Part shown: in pieces, positions 19,255 through 28,723 of the stretch | Layout: each line of letters starts with the position of its first letter | Position numbering within the stretch: position 1 is the first letter of the stretch | Assembly: GCA_963765765.1 (NCBI GenBank) | Contig: CAVXYC010000002.1 | Location: forward strand, 1 to 64,000 | DNA: 64,000 nt | From: an uncultured Chloroflexia bacterium | Lineage (GTDB): Bacteria; Chloroflexota; UBA6077; JACCZL01 | Direction: 5' to 3' | Program-made: the position numbers and the translations under genes | The notes under the pieces: model-generated | Databases searched by the model: none | Told to the model about the DNA's origin: nothing | The model's input: the letters and a program-made list of their open reading frames with translations, nothing else

Positions 19255-20223
19255 GTGACACGTTACATTCTCCGCCGAATCCTCGAAGCCATTCCGCTCC
19301 TGTTCCTTATCTCGGTGAGCGTGTTTGTTGTGCTGCAGATTCTTCCGGCCGGACCGTTGTCCGTGTATGAGAATGACCCAGCCCTCTCGCAAGACGACGT
19401 TCGTCGACTGGAGGAGCGATTCGGTCTGCACGAGCCAATACCGGTGCGGTACGTTCGGTGGCTCGGCGCGATCGCCCAGGGCGATCTGGGATATTCGATC
19501 TCAACGCAGCAGCCAGTGGTCCGTATGATCGGCGACCGCCTGCCCAACACGCTGCTGCTCATGGGCATCGCGCTCCTTGTGTCTCTGCTTATTGCACTGC
19601 CCGTTGGCGTGCTATCGGCTGTTCGTCAGTACTCATGGACGGACCATCTAGCGACCACGTTCAGCTTCGTGGGCTTCGCGGTGCCGCCATTCTGGAGTGG
19701 GCTCATGCTCATCGTCCTCTTTTCCGTGAAGGCACGCGAATGGGGTCTGCCTTCGCTCCCATCTTCAGGCATGGTGACCCTGGGGGCCGATGGCGGGCTG
19801 ACTGACCGTTTGGCTCACCTGGTGATGCCAGTCACGGTCCTCGCGCTGTTCAATGCCGCCCAGTACACGCGGTACGTTCGCGCCAGCATGCTCGACGCGC
19901 TGCACCAGGATTACATGCGGACCGCTCGGTCCAAGGGGCTCCAGGAGCGAGTCGTGCTCTGGCGACACTCGCTCAAGAACGCCTCACTGCCAGTGGTCAC
20001 AGCAATAGCGCTGGACATTCCCGGGCTCTTCACGGGAGCTGTTGTGACGGAAAGTATCTTTGCCTGGCCGGGTATGGGCCGACTGTTCATCGAAGCGGCC
20101 GGGCGTTTTGACTACGCGGCGCTCATGGGTATCGTCATGATCACCGCGATTCTTGTGGTCTGTTCAACGCTGCTGGCCGATTTGCTTTACGCCGGGCTGG
20201 ATCCCCGAGTTCGACTTCAGTGA
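19255..20223 (+). CDS. Peptide ABC permease (DppB/OppB type)
   Basis: GTG 19255 gives canonical MTRYILRR start; GDLGYS, DYMRTARSKGL, FAWPGMG. Confidence 0.93.
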   Translation: MTRYILRRILEAIPLLFLISVSVFVVLQILPAGPLSVYENDPALSQDDVRRLEERFGLHEPIPVRYVRWLGAIAQGDLGYSISTQQPVVRMIGDRLPNTLLLMGIALLVSLLIALPVGVLSAVRQYSWTDHLATTFSFVGFAVPPFWSGLMLIVLFSVKAREWGLPSLPSSGMVTLGADGGLTDRLAHLVMPVTVLALFNAAQYTRYVRASMLDALHQDYMRTARSKGLQERVVLWRHSLKNASLPVVTAIALDIPGLFTGAVVTESIFAWPGMGRLFIEAAGRFDYAALMGIVMITAILVVCSTLLADLLYAGLDPRVRLQ

Positions 20224-21107
20224 TTGCGAGCGCCCGGCGAGACAAGGGCAAGGTCAGAATGGAACGGTCGTGGTGGAGCCTCGCGCTGCAACGGTTTCGA
20301 GCCCACCGTCTGGCTGTCGCGGGACTTCTCGTATTCGGAGGGCTGTGCCTCGCAGCTATGGCGGCGCCACTTTCTCCTTATGATCCAAATCGCACGAGTC
20401 TCCTCCAACGGTATGAGCCTCCTTCGCTCGCACACCCGATGGGAACCGACGACCTCGGTCGCGATGAGCTCACCCGGGTTCTGGTCGGCGGTCAGATATC
20501 GTTAGCGGTTGGCGTACTGGCCATGGTTATTTCTTTGCTCGTCGGTACGCTCATCGGAGCGCTTTCCGGTTATTTCGGCGGCATCATTGACAGCGTGCTC
20601 ATGCGCTTCACTGAGCTCGTTATTGCATTCCCGCAGCTCATCGTCCTGATCCTTTTCTCGGCATTGTTCGGCGGAAGCTTTTGGAACGTCGTTCTGGCCC
20701 TGGGATTACTGCGCTGGGTTGGCGTCGCGCGCATTGTGCGTGCCTCCGTCCTTCAGCTTCGTGAGATGGATTACGTCCTGGCAGCACATGCTATCGGCGT
20801 ACCCACGGGACGGATTGTGTTTCGTCACATCTTGCCCAACGGGCTCGGTCCCATCGTTGTGGCGGCAACGCTCGGCGTGGGCAGCTCCATCCTCGGTGAG
20901 TCCACGCTCTCATTCCTTGGGCTCGGCATCCAGCTCCCCACTGCTACATGGGGCAATATGCTGCGCGCTGCTCAGAACGATCTAAGCACTGCACCGTGGC
21001 TCGCGTTTTTCCCGGGACTGTGTATCTTTCTCACAATACTGAGCGTCAACTACGTGGGTGACGGTCTGCGCGATGCGCTGGATCCCCACGTCGTGCAACG
21101 TTCTTAA
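20220..21107 (+). CDS. Peptide ABC permease (DppC/OppC type)
   Basis: HPMGTDDLGRD, RHILPN, LSFLGLG, GDGLRDALDP. Confidence 0.94.
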   Translation: MIASARRDKGKVRMERSWWSLALQRFRAHRLAVAGLLVFGGLCLAAMAAPLSPYDPNRTSLLQRYEPPSLAHPMGTDDLGRDELTRVLVGGQISLAVGVLAMVISLLVGTLIGALSGYFGGIIDSVLMRFTELVIAFPQLIVLILFSALFGGSFWNVVLALGLLRWVGVARIVRASVLQLREMDYVLAAHAIGVPTGRIVFRHILPNGLGPIVVAATLGVGSSILGESTLSFLGLGIQLPTATWGNMLRAAQNDLSTAPWLAFFPGLCIFLTILSVNYVGDGLRDALDPHVVQRS

Positions 21108-21189
21108 CGGTCGCGGGAATTCAATGTTGAGTACATGAGTGACGGTATCCTTGTGCACAAGGTGCCCGAGAAGCGAGTGAGGACGTTCG

Positions 21190-21498
21190 ATGCTCGAGCT
21201 GCGACCCATCTGTGAGCACTGCGAGAGAGCGCTTCCACCGGAATCGACCGAAGCGCGCATCTGCTCGTTTGAATGTACGTTCTGCCGAGCCTGTGTGGAG
21301 AATCTTCTCGCTAATGTCTGCCCCAATTGCGGAGGCGCCTTCGTACCGCGACCGATCAGGCCCCGAACTAATTGGAACGACGACAATTTTCTGGGGAAAT
21401 ACCCGCCGCGGACTGAACGACGTCATCGCCCGGTGGATTGGGAGCACCATGGGCGGCTTGCCGAACGGCTAAGGAGCGTTGCGCCTGAGTTGCGATGA
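21190..21498 (+). CDS. DUF1272 family Cys-rich protein
   Basis: MLELRPICEHC...ICSFECTFC..C...CPNCGG.FVPRPIRP; GAGGA RBS. Confidence 0.9.
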   Translation: MLELRPICEHCERALPPESTEARICSFECTFCRACVENLLANVCPNCGGAFVPRPIRPRTNWNDDNFLGKYPPRTERRHRPVDWEHHGRLAERLRSVAPELR

Positions 21499-21512
21499 AC
21501 GAGAGTCCGCTA

Positions 21513-21607
21513 CTCCCTCGCCCTATGGGAGAAGGTTAGGGTGAGGGTAGGCCAATATCTCCCATCTCAAGCCCCTCATCCCAGCTCTCTCTCAAAGGGC
21601 GAGGGAG
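21513..21607. repeat. REP-like doublet, family C
   Basis: CTCCCTCGCCCTATGGGAGAAGGTTAGGGTGAGGG ... CCCTCATCCCAGCTCTCTCTCAAAGGGCGAGGGAG. Confidence 0.75.
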
Positions 21608-21622
21608 CCAAGCGCCCCTCTG

Positions 21623-22959
21623 ATGACTGATGACCGCCTGATCCTCAGTCTGGACCTGGGGACGTCGTCATTCCGGGCGATGCTCTTTCGTTCCAGCGGC
21701 CGTGCCGTACGCGGGTCGCGATTGGCAGTGATTGTCAGGGAATCGGCGCCGGGCGTAGTAGATCCCATTCAGGCGACCAAGGCCGTTGAGAGTCTGATCG
21801 ATGCCGCGTGCGCAAATGACGCGGTAATAGGCGCGGCGGTTGAGGTCGTCGTGCTGAGCTGTTTCTGGCATAGCCTGCTGGGAGTGGATCGGTCAGGTAA
21901 GCCGATCACACCGCTCCACCTGTGGTCTGATTTACGCTCGGCGGAAGATGCCGCCGCGCTTCGGCACGAGCTTGACGAACATGCCGTTCATGCTCGCACC
22001 GGCGCCGCCCTCCACCCGACATTCTGGCCAGCCAAAATTCGATGGATAGCTCGGACCTCGCCGACGCTCCACGATGAGGTAGCGTCGTGGCTCTCGTTTG
22101 GCGACTACCTGCTACTGCGGTGGTTTGGGCGGGCGCAGTCCAGTCTTTCCATGGCATCGGCCACGGGGCTCATGGATCAATCGCGGCTCACCTGGGACGA
22201 GGCGATGGTCCGCGCCGCGCGCGTGAAGGCGGGTACTCTGCCGGAGATCGTCGCTCAGCCCTTCTCCGGGATCGACATACGTGATGGTTATCGTGGTCGT
22301 TGGCCGGCGCTTGCAAGGGCCCGGTGGCTCCCCGCCGTGGGAGACGGTGCATGTAGCAATCTGGGCGTCGGCGCCATAGGGCGTGATCGCTGGGCCATCA
22401 CTGTTGGGACATCGGCCGCCGTACGAGCCGTGCTTACGGATGATCTTACGTCCCTCCCCCGGGACTCTGGCGCTACCGTCTGGATGGCAAGCGTCCGGTG
22501 TTGGGAGGCGCGCTGAATAACGGCGGCAACGTGTACGCCTGGCTGCTACATACGCTCAGGACTCAATCGACCATAGAGTTGGAGCGGGCGCTGCTCGAGC
22601 GTCCCTGGGGATCACATGGCCTCAGGGTGGACCCTTCGCTCTCGGGAGAGCGAAGCCCTCACTGGCCGCTGCATGCAACGGCCTCCATTGGGGGGCTCAC
22701 GATTCAGACAAGCGCTCTCGATATCACCCAGGCGGTGCTTGAGTCGGTGGCTGAGCGGATCGCCGAGATCACCAGACTCATGGAGGCTGCGCTCGGCCCT
22801 CCCAGCGTGATCGTTGCAACCGGGGGCGCGATGGTTCGATCTACCGCCTGGAGAAAAATGCTCGAGTATGCCCTCGGTCGAGAGGTTTCTCCATCACCGG
22901 TTCAGGAGAGCTCGCTTCGCGGGTCAGCGTTGTTGGCGATTGAGCAGATGCAGGGCTGA
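21623..22959 (+). CDS. FGGY-family gluconokinase-like sugar kinase, one frameshift near 22460
   Basis: LDLGTSSFRA, FWHSLLGVD, SMASATGL, GDGACSNLGVG, GGALNNGG, GERSPHW. Confidence 0.85.
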
Positions 22960-22978
22960 GCTAGCGAGTTACCTTCGG

Positions 22979-23554
22979 CTACCAGAACCCATAACCGAAC
23001 GCGCCTGCCAGCGTGACCACGCCGGAAAGGATGAACACCGCTGCCGCAGCGAGCTGAATCGCTCGCTCAGGAAGCCTCTTGCCGGCCACCGCGCCGATCA
23101 CGATTGCCAATCCGTCTGCCACCACCATGCCCAGGGTAGAGCCGAGCCAGACGGGGATGAAATTCTGAAACTGACTTGCCAGCGTGATCGTCGCCAGCAT
23201 CGTCTTGTCCCCAAGCTCGGCTAGAAAGAATGTGATCGCCACGGTCATGAACGGCCCGAAGCGGCTGTATTTCTGGGTTTCTTCGTCGTCCACGTTATCG
23301 CCGCGGATCGTCCAGATACCAAAGGCGATAAACGCCAGACCGGCGGCAATGCTGATCCAGAACGTCGGCAGTGCTAGTCCGAGGAGCTCGCCAATCGCTA
23401 CGGAGAAGAGATGCACGGCCAGCGTGGCCGCGAAAACACCGGCCAGAACAAGCCGCGCGGAGTACCGCGTGGCAAACGCCATAGCCACGAGCTGTGTCTT
23501 GTCGCCCATTTCTGCCAGAGCAATGAAAACGAGTGACTGCCAGAACCCATCCAT
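22979..23554 (-). CDS. UPF0016/TMEM165/GDT1 family Mn2+/Ca2+ exporter
   Basis: Two E-x-G-D-K-T motifs (AEMGDKTQ, AELGDKTM); AAGGGGA RBS before ATG 23554. Confidence 0.93.
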   Translation of the reverse strand: MDGFWQSLVFIALAEMGDKTQLVAMAFATRYSARLVLAGVFAATLAVHLFSVAIGELLGLALPTFWISIAAGLAFIAFGIWTIRGDNVDDEETQKYSRFGPFMTVAITFFLAELGDKTMLATITLASQFQNFIPVWLGSTLGMVVADGLAIVIGAVAGKRLPERAIQLAAAAVFILSGVVTLAGAFGYGFW

Positions 23555-23603
23555 CGAACCCGATCCCCTTTGAGAGCCATAGATACCCAAGGCCAGGGAC
23601 ATG

Positions 23604-23652
23604 AAAAAACCCTCGACCCATCAGGCACGCCGTGCGTACCCTGGGCCGAAGG
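23604..23652 (-). terminator. Intrinsic terminator, expression platform of the Mn riboswitch
   Basis: Minus strand CCTTCGGCCCA...TGGGTCGAGGG then TTTTTT; 5' arm overlaps aptamer 3' end. Confidence 0.75.
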
Positions 23653-23755
23653 TCTGGCTAAACTCGTTAGTGCGAGCTGGCGGAACCAGGGAGAATACCC
23701 AGTATGTTGATCCCGCCCGCGGCCGTGTTGGCCGGCAGTTACTCCCCTTCGGAGC
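23645..23755 (-). ncRNA. yybP-ykoY manganese riboswitch
   Basis: Minus strand GAAGGGGAGTA...TCAACATA...GCCAGACCTTC consensus directly upstream of a UPF0016 exporter; TAGAAT -10 at 23771-23766. Confidence 0.88.
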
Positions 23756-23847
23756 GCTCGTATTAATTCTAACGGAAGCGGCACCGGCTCTCTCGAAACA
23801 AACTGCGCAGGATACATCAGGCTGTGATGCGATTGCAACGCCGGGAT

Positions 23848-23876
23848 TTGACCTGATGCCACCACTCGTGTAAGAT
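23848..23876 (+). promoter_or_regulatory. Sigma70-type promoter for c-di-AMP riboswitch leader
   Basis: TTGACC-17 nt-TAAGAT. Confidence 0.7.
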
Positions 23877-23924
23877 GAAATTAACCTGAAACGGGACCGA
23901 TCGAAAGACCCGACCGTTACAGTC

Positions 23925-24085
23925 AATACCGAGCCCGATGACCAGCGTGGTCGACGGGACGGGGGACCCACCTCCTTTAAGAGAGCAGCGTTTCGCTCTC
24001 GATGGGGTGAATCGCGCCGCGATGGCGCGTAGGGCCGCGGATCTTCTGGCCCGAACCCGTCAGCTTACCCCGTAGGTAACGCAAG
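23925..24085 (+). ncRNA. c-di-AMP (ydaO/yuaA) riboswitch
   Basis: GGGACGGGGGACCCA...GGGGTGAATC...GTAGGGC...GCCCGAACCCGTCAGCTTACCCCGTAGG matches the ydaO consensus. Confidence 0.9.
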
Positions 24086-24189
24086 AAGTCCACTCGTCGC
24101 ATGTATGCGCGTCGTTTTCCGACGCCTGCAGGCTCTGCCTCTGCATGTCGATACATTCTGGCTTCGTGCCTATGAAAGGGGTCTGGCTC

Positions 24190-24312
24190 ATGGTTGCCAA
24201 GGTTATCGAAGACGCGCTCGATGCGCTGCGCTTCGCCATCATCGCCAGCAAGACGGATCGCGTGACTGCCGCGCAAATTCGAGCGCTGCTCGATCGCCGC
24301 GAGAATGTCTAG
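24190..24312 (+). CDS. 40-aa hypothetical helical peptide
   Basis: GAAAGGGG RBS; MVAKVIEDALDALRFAIIASKTDRVTAAQIRALLDRRENV; first ORF with an RBS after the riboswitch. Confidence 0.55.
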   Translation: MVAKVIEDALDALRFAIIASKTDRVTAAQIRALLDRRENV

Positions 24313-24377
24313 CTCACGCACACCTATCAGTTGATTGTTTACCCGATTCACTATTTAGTCTTGGAGGACTGAATTTT

Positions 24378-24611
24378 ATGAGTACCATCCTTAGCACTCA
24401 GGACCATGTTCGTCCATTAGTGCTCGACACCCCTGTTGAGTCGACCAGCAACCCGTTCTCCGCTCTCGTTGAAGTGATTGGCGAGATTGGCTACTGCCTC
24501 AAGCTCAGCGCGCAATCGCTCAGCTTCAGCAAGAACGGTCCGGCATCCACCTACTCCGCGTCAAGCGCTGCACGACTGGATAGCTGGCCCGTTGACCTCT
24601 GGGTGTTCTAG
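24378..24611 (+). CDS. 77-aa hypothetical protein
   Basis: GGAGGA RBS then ATG 24378: MSTILSTQDHVRPLV...LDSWPVDLWVF; followed by hairpins. Confidence 0.65.
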   Translation: MSTILSTQDHVRPLVLDTPVESTSNPFSALVEVIGEIGYCLKLSAQSLSFSKNGPASTYSASSAARLDSWPVDLWVF

Positions 24612-24701
24612 TCTCACCCACATCCTTGGGGCTGAGACGCGCCTGAGCCCGCTCGGCGGATTCAGCAACACACAGTTCGTCTCGCCCCTGCACCGCAACA
24701 T

Positions 24702-24757
24702 GTGAAGGATCTCTCGATCAAGGGTCGTTTGCGACCCAGGACCAGGAGATCCTTCAC
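24702..24757. repeat. Inverted repeat (REP-like family D) or bidirectional terminator
   Basis: GTGAAGGATCTC ... GAGATCCTTCAC. Confidence 0.6.
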
Positions 24758-24782
24758 TGTTTTGCCGCGCGTGAGTCCACGT

Positions 24783-26051
24783 TTAGCGCTTGTTCTCTAG
24801 CACGCCTTTCATGAACTCGTTGGGCTCACCGTCTCGGCCAAGGTACTCCGGCCTGGAGTCCAGGTGGGTGTACTGAACGCCCGGCTTGCGGCGCCATTCC
24901 TCGAGCACGTCGTCATGCGGGATGTCTTCGCGGAGCGATTCGTCAACGGGGTTCTGCTTCATGGCCAGGAGCTGTGCTTCCTTGCTCAGCCACCAGTTTA
25001 CGAACAACTTGGAGGCGTTGGGGTGTGCTGCCTTATTGAAGTAACCGATCGTTCCCGTGCCGCCTGAGCTGAGCCACGAGCCCTCCTTCATCGGTCGGAT
25101 GATCTCCGCAACCGGCAGGCCTTGATCTTTGGCTTCCTGCGGATCGCTTCCGGACGGGATGAAATAGAGCGGGAACTTACCCAGCGCCAACCATTCCGCG
25201 CCCTGCCGGCCATCCCGCGTAAGGGTCACGTCTTGCTCGGTGTACAGCTTGCGCAGGAAATCCTGGCCCAGGAGCGGGCTGTGGTAGAAGCCCATCAAGC
25301 CCACGCCCGTGCCCGATTGCGTGGGGTCCCGCGAAAGAATCTTCCCCTTCCACTTCGGGTTCAACAGGTCAGTCCATGACTGAAACTCGTCTGGATTCAC
25401 CATCGTCGTGTTATACGCCAGGTACGACGTGGGGCTGGCGGCGAACATGAAGATCAGGTTTTGTTGAGCATCCCCGTAAAGGTGCTTGCCGCTCCACCAC
25501 AGTGATTGGTCTATCACCTCGGGAAGAATAAACAGCGGCGCGATCGGGTCAAGCGCACCCTTGGGCACCAGTCGCGTGTTCATGGACGTGGAGCCCCCCA
25601 TCCATACATCACCGGTGTAAAGCCCTGTGTCGCGCTCAGCCAGAACCTTGTCGGCGTTCTCACCACCGGAGCCGATGACGGGCGTGGCTTTCACGCCAAA
25701 TTTCTTCTCGAACTCGGCGAAGACTGGCCGTATCTGGCGAGACGCGGCACGCCCGAGAAAGATGACCACCTCGCCTTCTTGCTTGGCGGCTGCAATAAGC
25801 TCGTCCCAGCCGGCAACGGCGCCGCTCGCCGCAGACGGCTGGGCAGCCGCTGCTGGAGCATTGGATGGCTGAGCCGGCGCCGCGGCGGTGGGCGCCTGGG
25901 CCGCTGGTGCGCTCGTTGGGGCTGGCGCGCTCGCGGGCTGCGACTGGCAGGCTGCCAGGAGCGCCCCGCCCCCTCCCAGGGCCAGGGCTTGGAGGAATGA
26001 CCGGCGTGTCACCGCTCTGTGCGATTCTAACGACCCTGTCCGTCTGATCAT
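24783..26051 (-). CDS. Tat lipoprotein ABC substrate-binding protein (AfuA-like fold)
   Basis: TRRSFL, LAAC, AAAKQEGEV, DLLNPKWKGKI, AAHPNASKLFVNWWLSKEAQ. Confidence 0.9.
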   Translation of the reverse strand: MIRRTGSLESHRAVTRRSFLQALALGGGGALLAACQSQPASAPAPTSAPAAQAPTAAAPAQPSNAPAAAAQPSAASGAVAGWDELIAAAKQEGEVVIFLGRAASRQIRPVFAEFEKKFGVKATPVIGSGGENADKVLAERDTGLYTGDVWMGGSTSMNTRLVPKGALDPIAPLFILPEVIDQSLWWSGKHLYGDAQQNLIFMFAASPTSYLAYNTTMVNPDEFQSWTDLLNPKWKGKILSRDPTQSGTGVGLMGFYHSPLLGQDFLRKLYTEQDVTLTRDGRQGAEWLALGKFPLYFIPSGSDPQEAKDQGLPVAEIIRPMKEGSWLSSGGTGTIGYFNKAAHPNASKLFVNWWLSKEAQLLAMKQNPVDESLREDIPHDDVLEEWRRKPGVQYTHLDSRPEYLGRDGEPNEFMKGVLENKR

Positions 26052-26509
26052 GATCCCGCTCCTCCGGTTCGTCCATCTTGGACACCGTTCAATGAACGCT
26101 GAAGATCCATGCCGCGGTTGGTCTGATGAGGACGTCCGTCCTCTAGTTGGTAGCGTTCTTTTTTGACGATCGCGCTGTCAAGTAATTAGGGCGCCTGGAG
26201 CGTGACTTTCCTTTTACGCATAGTCTTCGCGAAGGGAGCGCGCCCACGGGCGCCGCCGGACCGACGCGCATGCTTGCCCAGACAGTTATGACAGCGGCTC
26301 CGTGGGAATAGCTACATTTGTGCTTCGTCGTAACTCCACACTGACGGCATGTCGGGCGCACCGATTATTGCTCCAGTCGGCGGCCGAAAGCGTGGTAACA
26401 TTGTTGGGCTGGTTAGTTTCTGCAGCCCGCATTAAGCGGGGACCGTCACCCTGTATCCGTTCGTAGCACGCTGATGAAACCGCCAAGCCTCTCTCATGGA
26501 GGACTCAGC

Positions 26510-26860
26510 GTGACGTTCGCTGACAAGACCTTGACCTGCCGCGATTGCGGCGCCGCATTCTTATTTACGAGTTCAGAGCAGCAATTTTTCGCCGATAAGG
26601 GCTTCACGAACGAGCCTTCACGGTGTACCGATTGCCGCGCGTCGCGCAAAGCGAATCGCGGCTACGATGATTACTCGAGCGGCAGCTCACGCGGTGGTGG
26701 CTACGGATCGGAACGACAGATGTTCAGCGCCACGTGCTCGAGCTGCGGAAAGGAAGCCCAGGTGCCATTTCAACCCCGGGGCGACAAACCCGTGTATTGT
26801 TCGGATTGTTTCCGAACCCAGCGCGGCGGGAGTGACCGACGTTCCAGTCGGTCATATTAG
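26510..26860 (+). CDS. Zinc-ribbon / CxxC-x17-CxxC domain protein, copy 1
   Basis: GGAGG then GTG; DKTLTCRDCG..F.FT..EQ.FF, PSRCTDC, CSSCGKEAQVPFQPRGDKPVYCSDCF. Confidence 0.92.
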   Translation: MTFADKTLTCRDCGAAFLFTSSEQQFFADKGFTNEPSRCTDCRASRKANRGYDDYSSGSSRGGGYGSERQMFSATCSSCGKEAQVPFQPRGDKPVYCSDCFRTQRGGSDRRSSRSY

Positions 26861-26865
26861 ATATC

Positions 26866-27156
26866 GTGCCAAAGCCAAGACGACGTACTTACAGAAAATT
26901 CCGCCCGAACCAAAACACGGACGATGGCGGGCGCGAGCAGCAGGAGATTGAGCGGGAAGCGCGGGCACTGGTATCGGCCATGAGCGCTGATGGACTAAAG
27001 TCAGAGCTTGCCAATCGCGAAGTCCGCATGATGGAAGCCGACCAGGCGGCGCAGTTCGATCCGAACCCCGTGCGTCTGGCGCAATTCAGGCGAGCGCAGC
27101 TCGAGTTTAAAGCGGCTCAAGTCGCTGCGCGGATGGAACGGGACGTCGCCCAATAG
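26866..27156 (+). CDS. Hypothetical helical protein, copy 1
   Basis: 96-aa ORF starting 5 nt after previous stop; conserved in copy 2. Confidence 0.7.
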   Translation: MPKPRRRTYRKFRPNQNTDDGGREQQEIEREARALVSAMSADGLKSELANREVRMMEADQAAQFDPNPVRLAQFRRAQLEFKAAQVAARMERDVAQ

Positions 27157-27172
27157 GGTGACGTTGGAGTTG

Positions 27173-27239
27173 GTGGGACAGGCGTATTCACCTGTCCCGG
27201 CCGAATCCACACTTGGACAGTCGGATACGCCTGTCCCAC
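27173..27239. repeat. REP-like doublet, family B
   Basis: GTGGGACAGGCGTAT...ATACGCCTGTCCCAC. Confidence 0.8.
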
Positions 27240-27296
27240 AATCGGTGCCGGGACCGAGGGTCAGCACTAGCTCACTCTGACAATCTGTAGCCCGTA

Positions 27297-28480
27297 ATGC
27301 TGCACCCGTCCAACGTGCACCTTCCCTGGCAGGCACGACTCCCATTCTTCTACGGATGGGTGATCGTCGGTGCCTCAATGGTCTTCAGCTTCATGGGCGC
27401 CGGGCTTTTCTGGGGCGCCAGTGTCTTCGTGACCCCTATGCAGGACGACCTGGGCTGGAGCCGAACGGCAATTTATCTGGCCTTTTCGGTTCGTGGGCTC
27501 ACCGGAATTGTTCTCTCGCCCCTCATCGGTCCAGCGGCGGATCGTCAGGGCGGCGCCAGAACGATGGCCATTGTCTCTGGGCTACTGGCCAGCATGGCAC
27601 TGATCTTACTCACGGGTGTCACGGAGGAGTGGCAATTCATTCTCCTCTTCGGAGTGATCGGTGGGATTGGCAACTGGGGCCAGGCGTTCCCCACAAATAA
27701 TGCGCTCGTGCCGAAATGGTTCGTACGCAAGCGCGGGATTGTCATTGGCTGGGCCAGTATGGGCTCGCCCATAGCCGCGATGGGGCTGGCGCCACTCATG
27801 GCACTGGTTATCGACGCCCACGGCTGGCGAGCTGCCTGGACGATTCTTGGCGTTGCTTCACTGTTGCTCACAGTGTTGCCGGCACTGCTGTTGGTTCGGC
27901 AGCCGGAAGATGTCGGATTACTGCCGGACGGTGAGCAACCCGGAGGCCACGCGAGCTCAGGTCGTATGGCCCCGATCGAGGAGCCGAGCGCAACGCCCGG
28001 CAAGGCGCTGAAAGATCGACTCTTCTGGATACTTGTTTTCGGCATCTCGATCGGTGGTCTTTCGTATAACGGTCTGCCCGCCAGCCTCGTGCCGATGGCG
28101 ACGGATCGCGGTTACTCCCGTGATCTCGCCGTCTTGAGCTTTAGCATCTACGGGCTGTTCTCAATGTTGGGACGGTTTTTCTGGGGCTATCTGGCCAACC
28201 GCTATCACATCCGCAACGTAATCATTGCGATGTGCGTGTATGGGATCGTGGTTACGCCTCTGTTCTCTTTTCTGCCCGGGGGCACTGGCGCTCACTTACG
28301 GCGGGCTGGTTGGGTTTGTGATTGGCGGCTCCGTGGCATTAACTCCGCTGGTCTGGCCCGCGTACTACGGAAGAGCGCACATCGGCGCGATTAGTGGTTA
28401 TTCCCGCCCGCTGTCCATTGTCGTTCAGTCCATCGGACCATTGTTGATGGCCTGGTCGTTCGACAAGACGAGCAGCTACG
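27297..28480 (+). pseudogene. MFS transporter copy 1, truncated at the duplication junction (also frameshift near 28281)
   Basis: FFYGWVIV, DLGWSRT, KWFVRKRG; lacks the last TM helix and reads through into the duplicated leader to a stop at 28680. Confidence 0.8.
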
Positions 28481-28723
28481 CGCATGCTTGCCCAGACAGT
28501 TATGACAGCGGCTCCGTGGGAATAACTACATCTGCGCTTCGTCGTAACTCCACACTGACGGCATGTCAGGCGCGCCGATTATTGCTCCAGTCGGCAGCCG
28601 AACGCGTGGTAACATTGCAGGGCTGGTTAGTTTCTGCAGCCCGCGTTAAGCGGGGATCGTCACCCTGTATCCGTTCGTAGCACGCTGATGAAACCGCCAA
28701 GCCTCTCTCATGGAGGACTCAGC

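Larger units (their letters stand above)
26264..28477 (+). repeat. Tandem duplication, copy 1 (2214-bp unit)
   Basis: Sequence starting ACGCGCATGCTTGCCCAGACAG recurs at 28478. Confidence 0.95.

Noticed and set aside
24105-24377. 5' part of the 168-aa ORF 24105-24611
   Set aside because: It overlaps the riboswitch platform and a better RBS-supported small ORF; a strong GGAGGA RBS places the start at 24378
26123-26143. CTGATGA followed by a hairpin, resembling a hammerhead ribozyme core
   Set aside because: The stem is followed by TCTAG rather than the required GAAA, and no stems I/III were found
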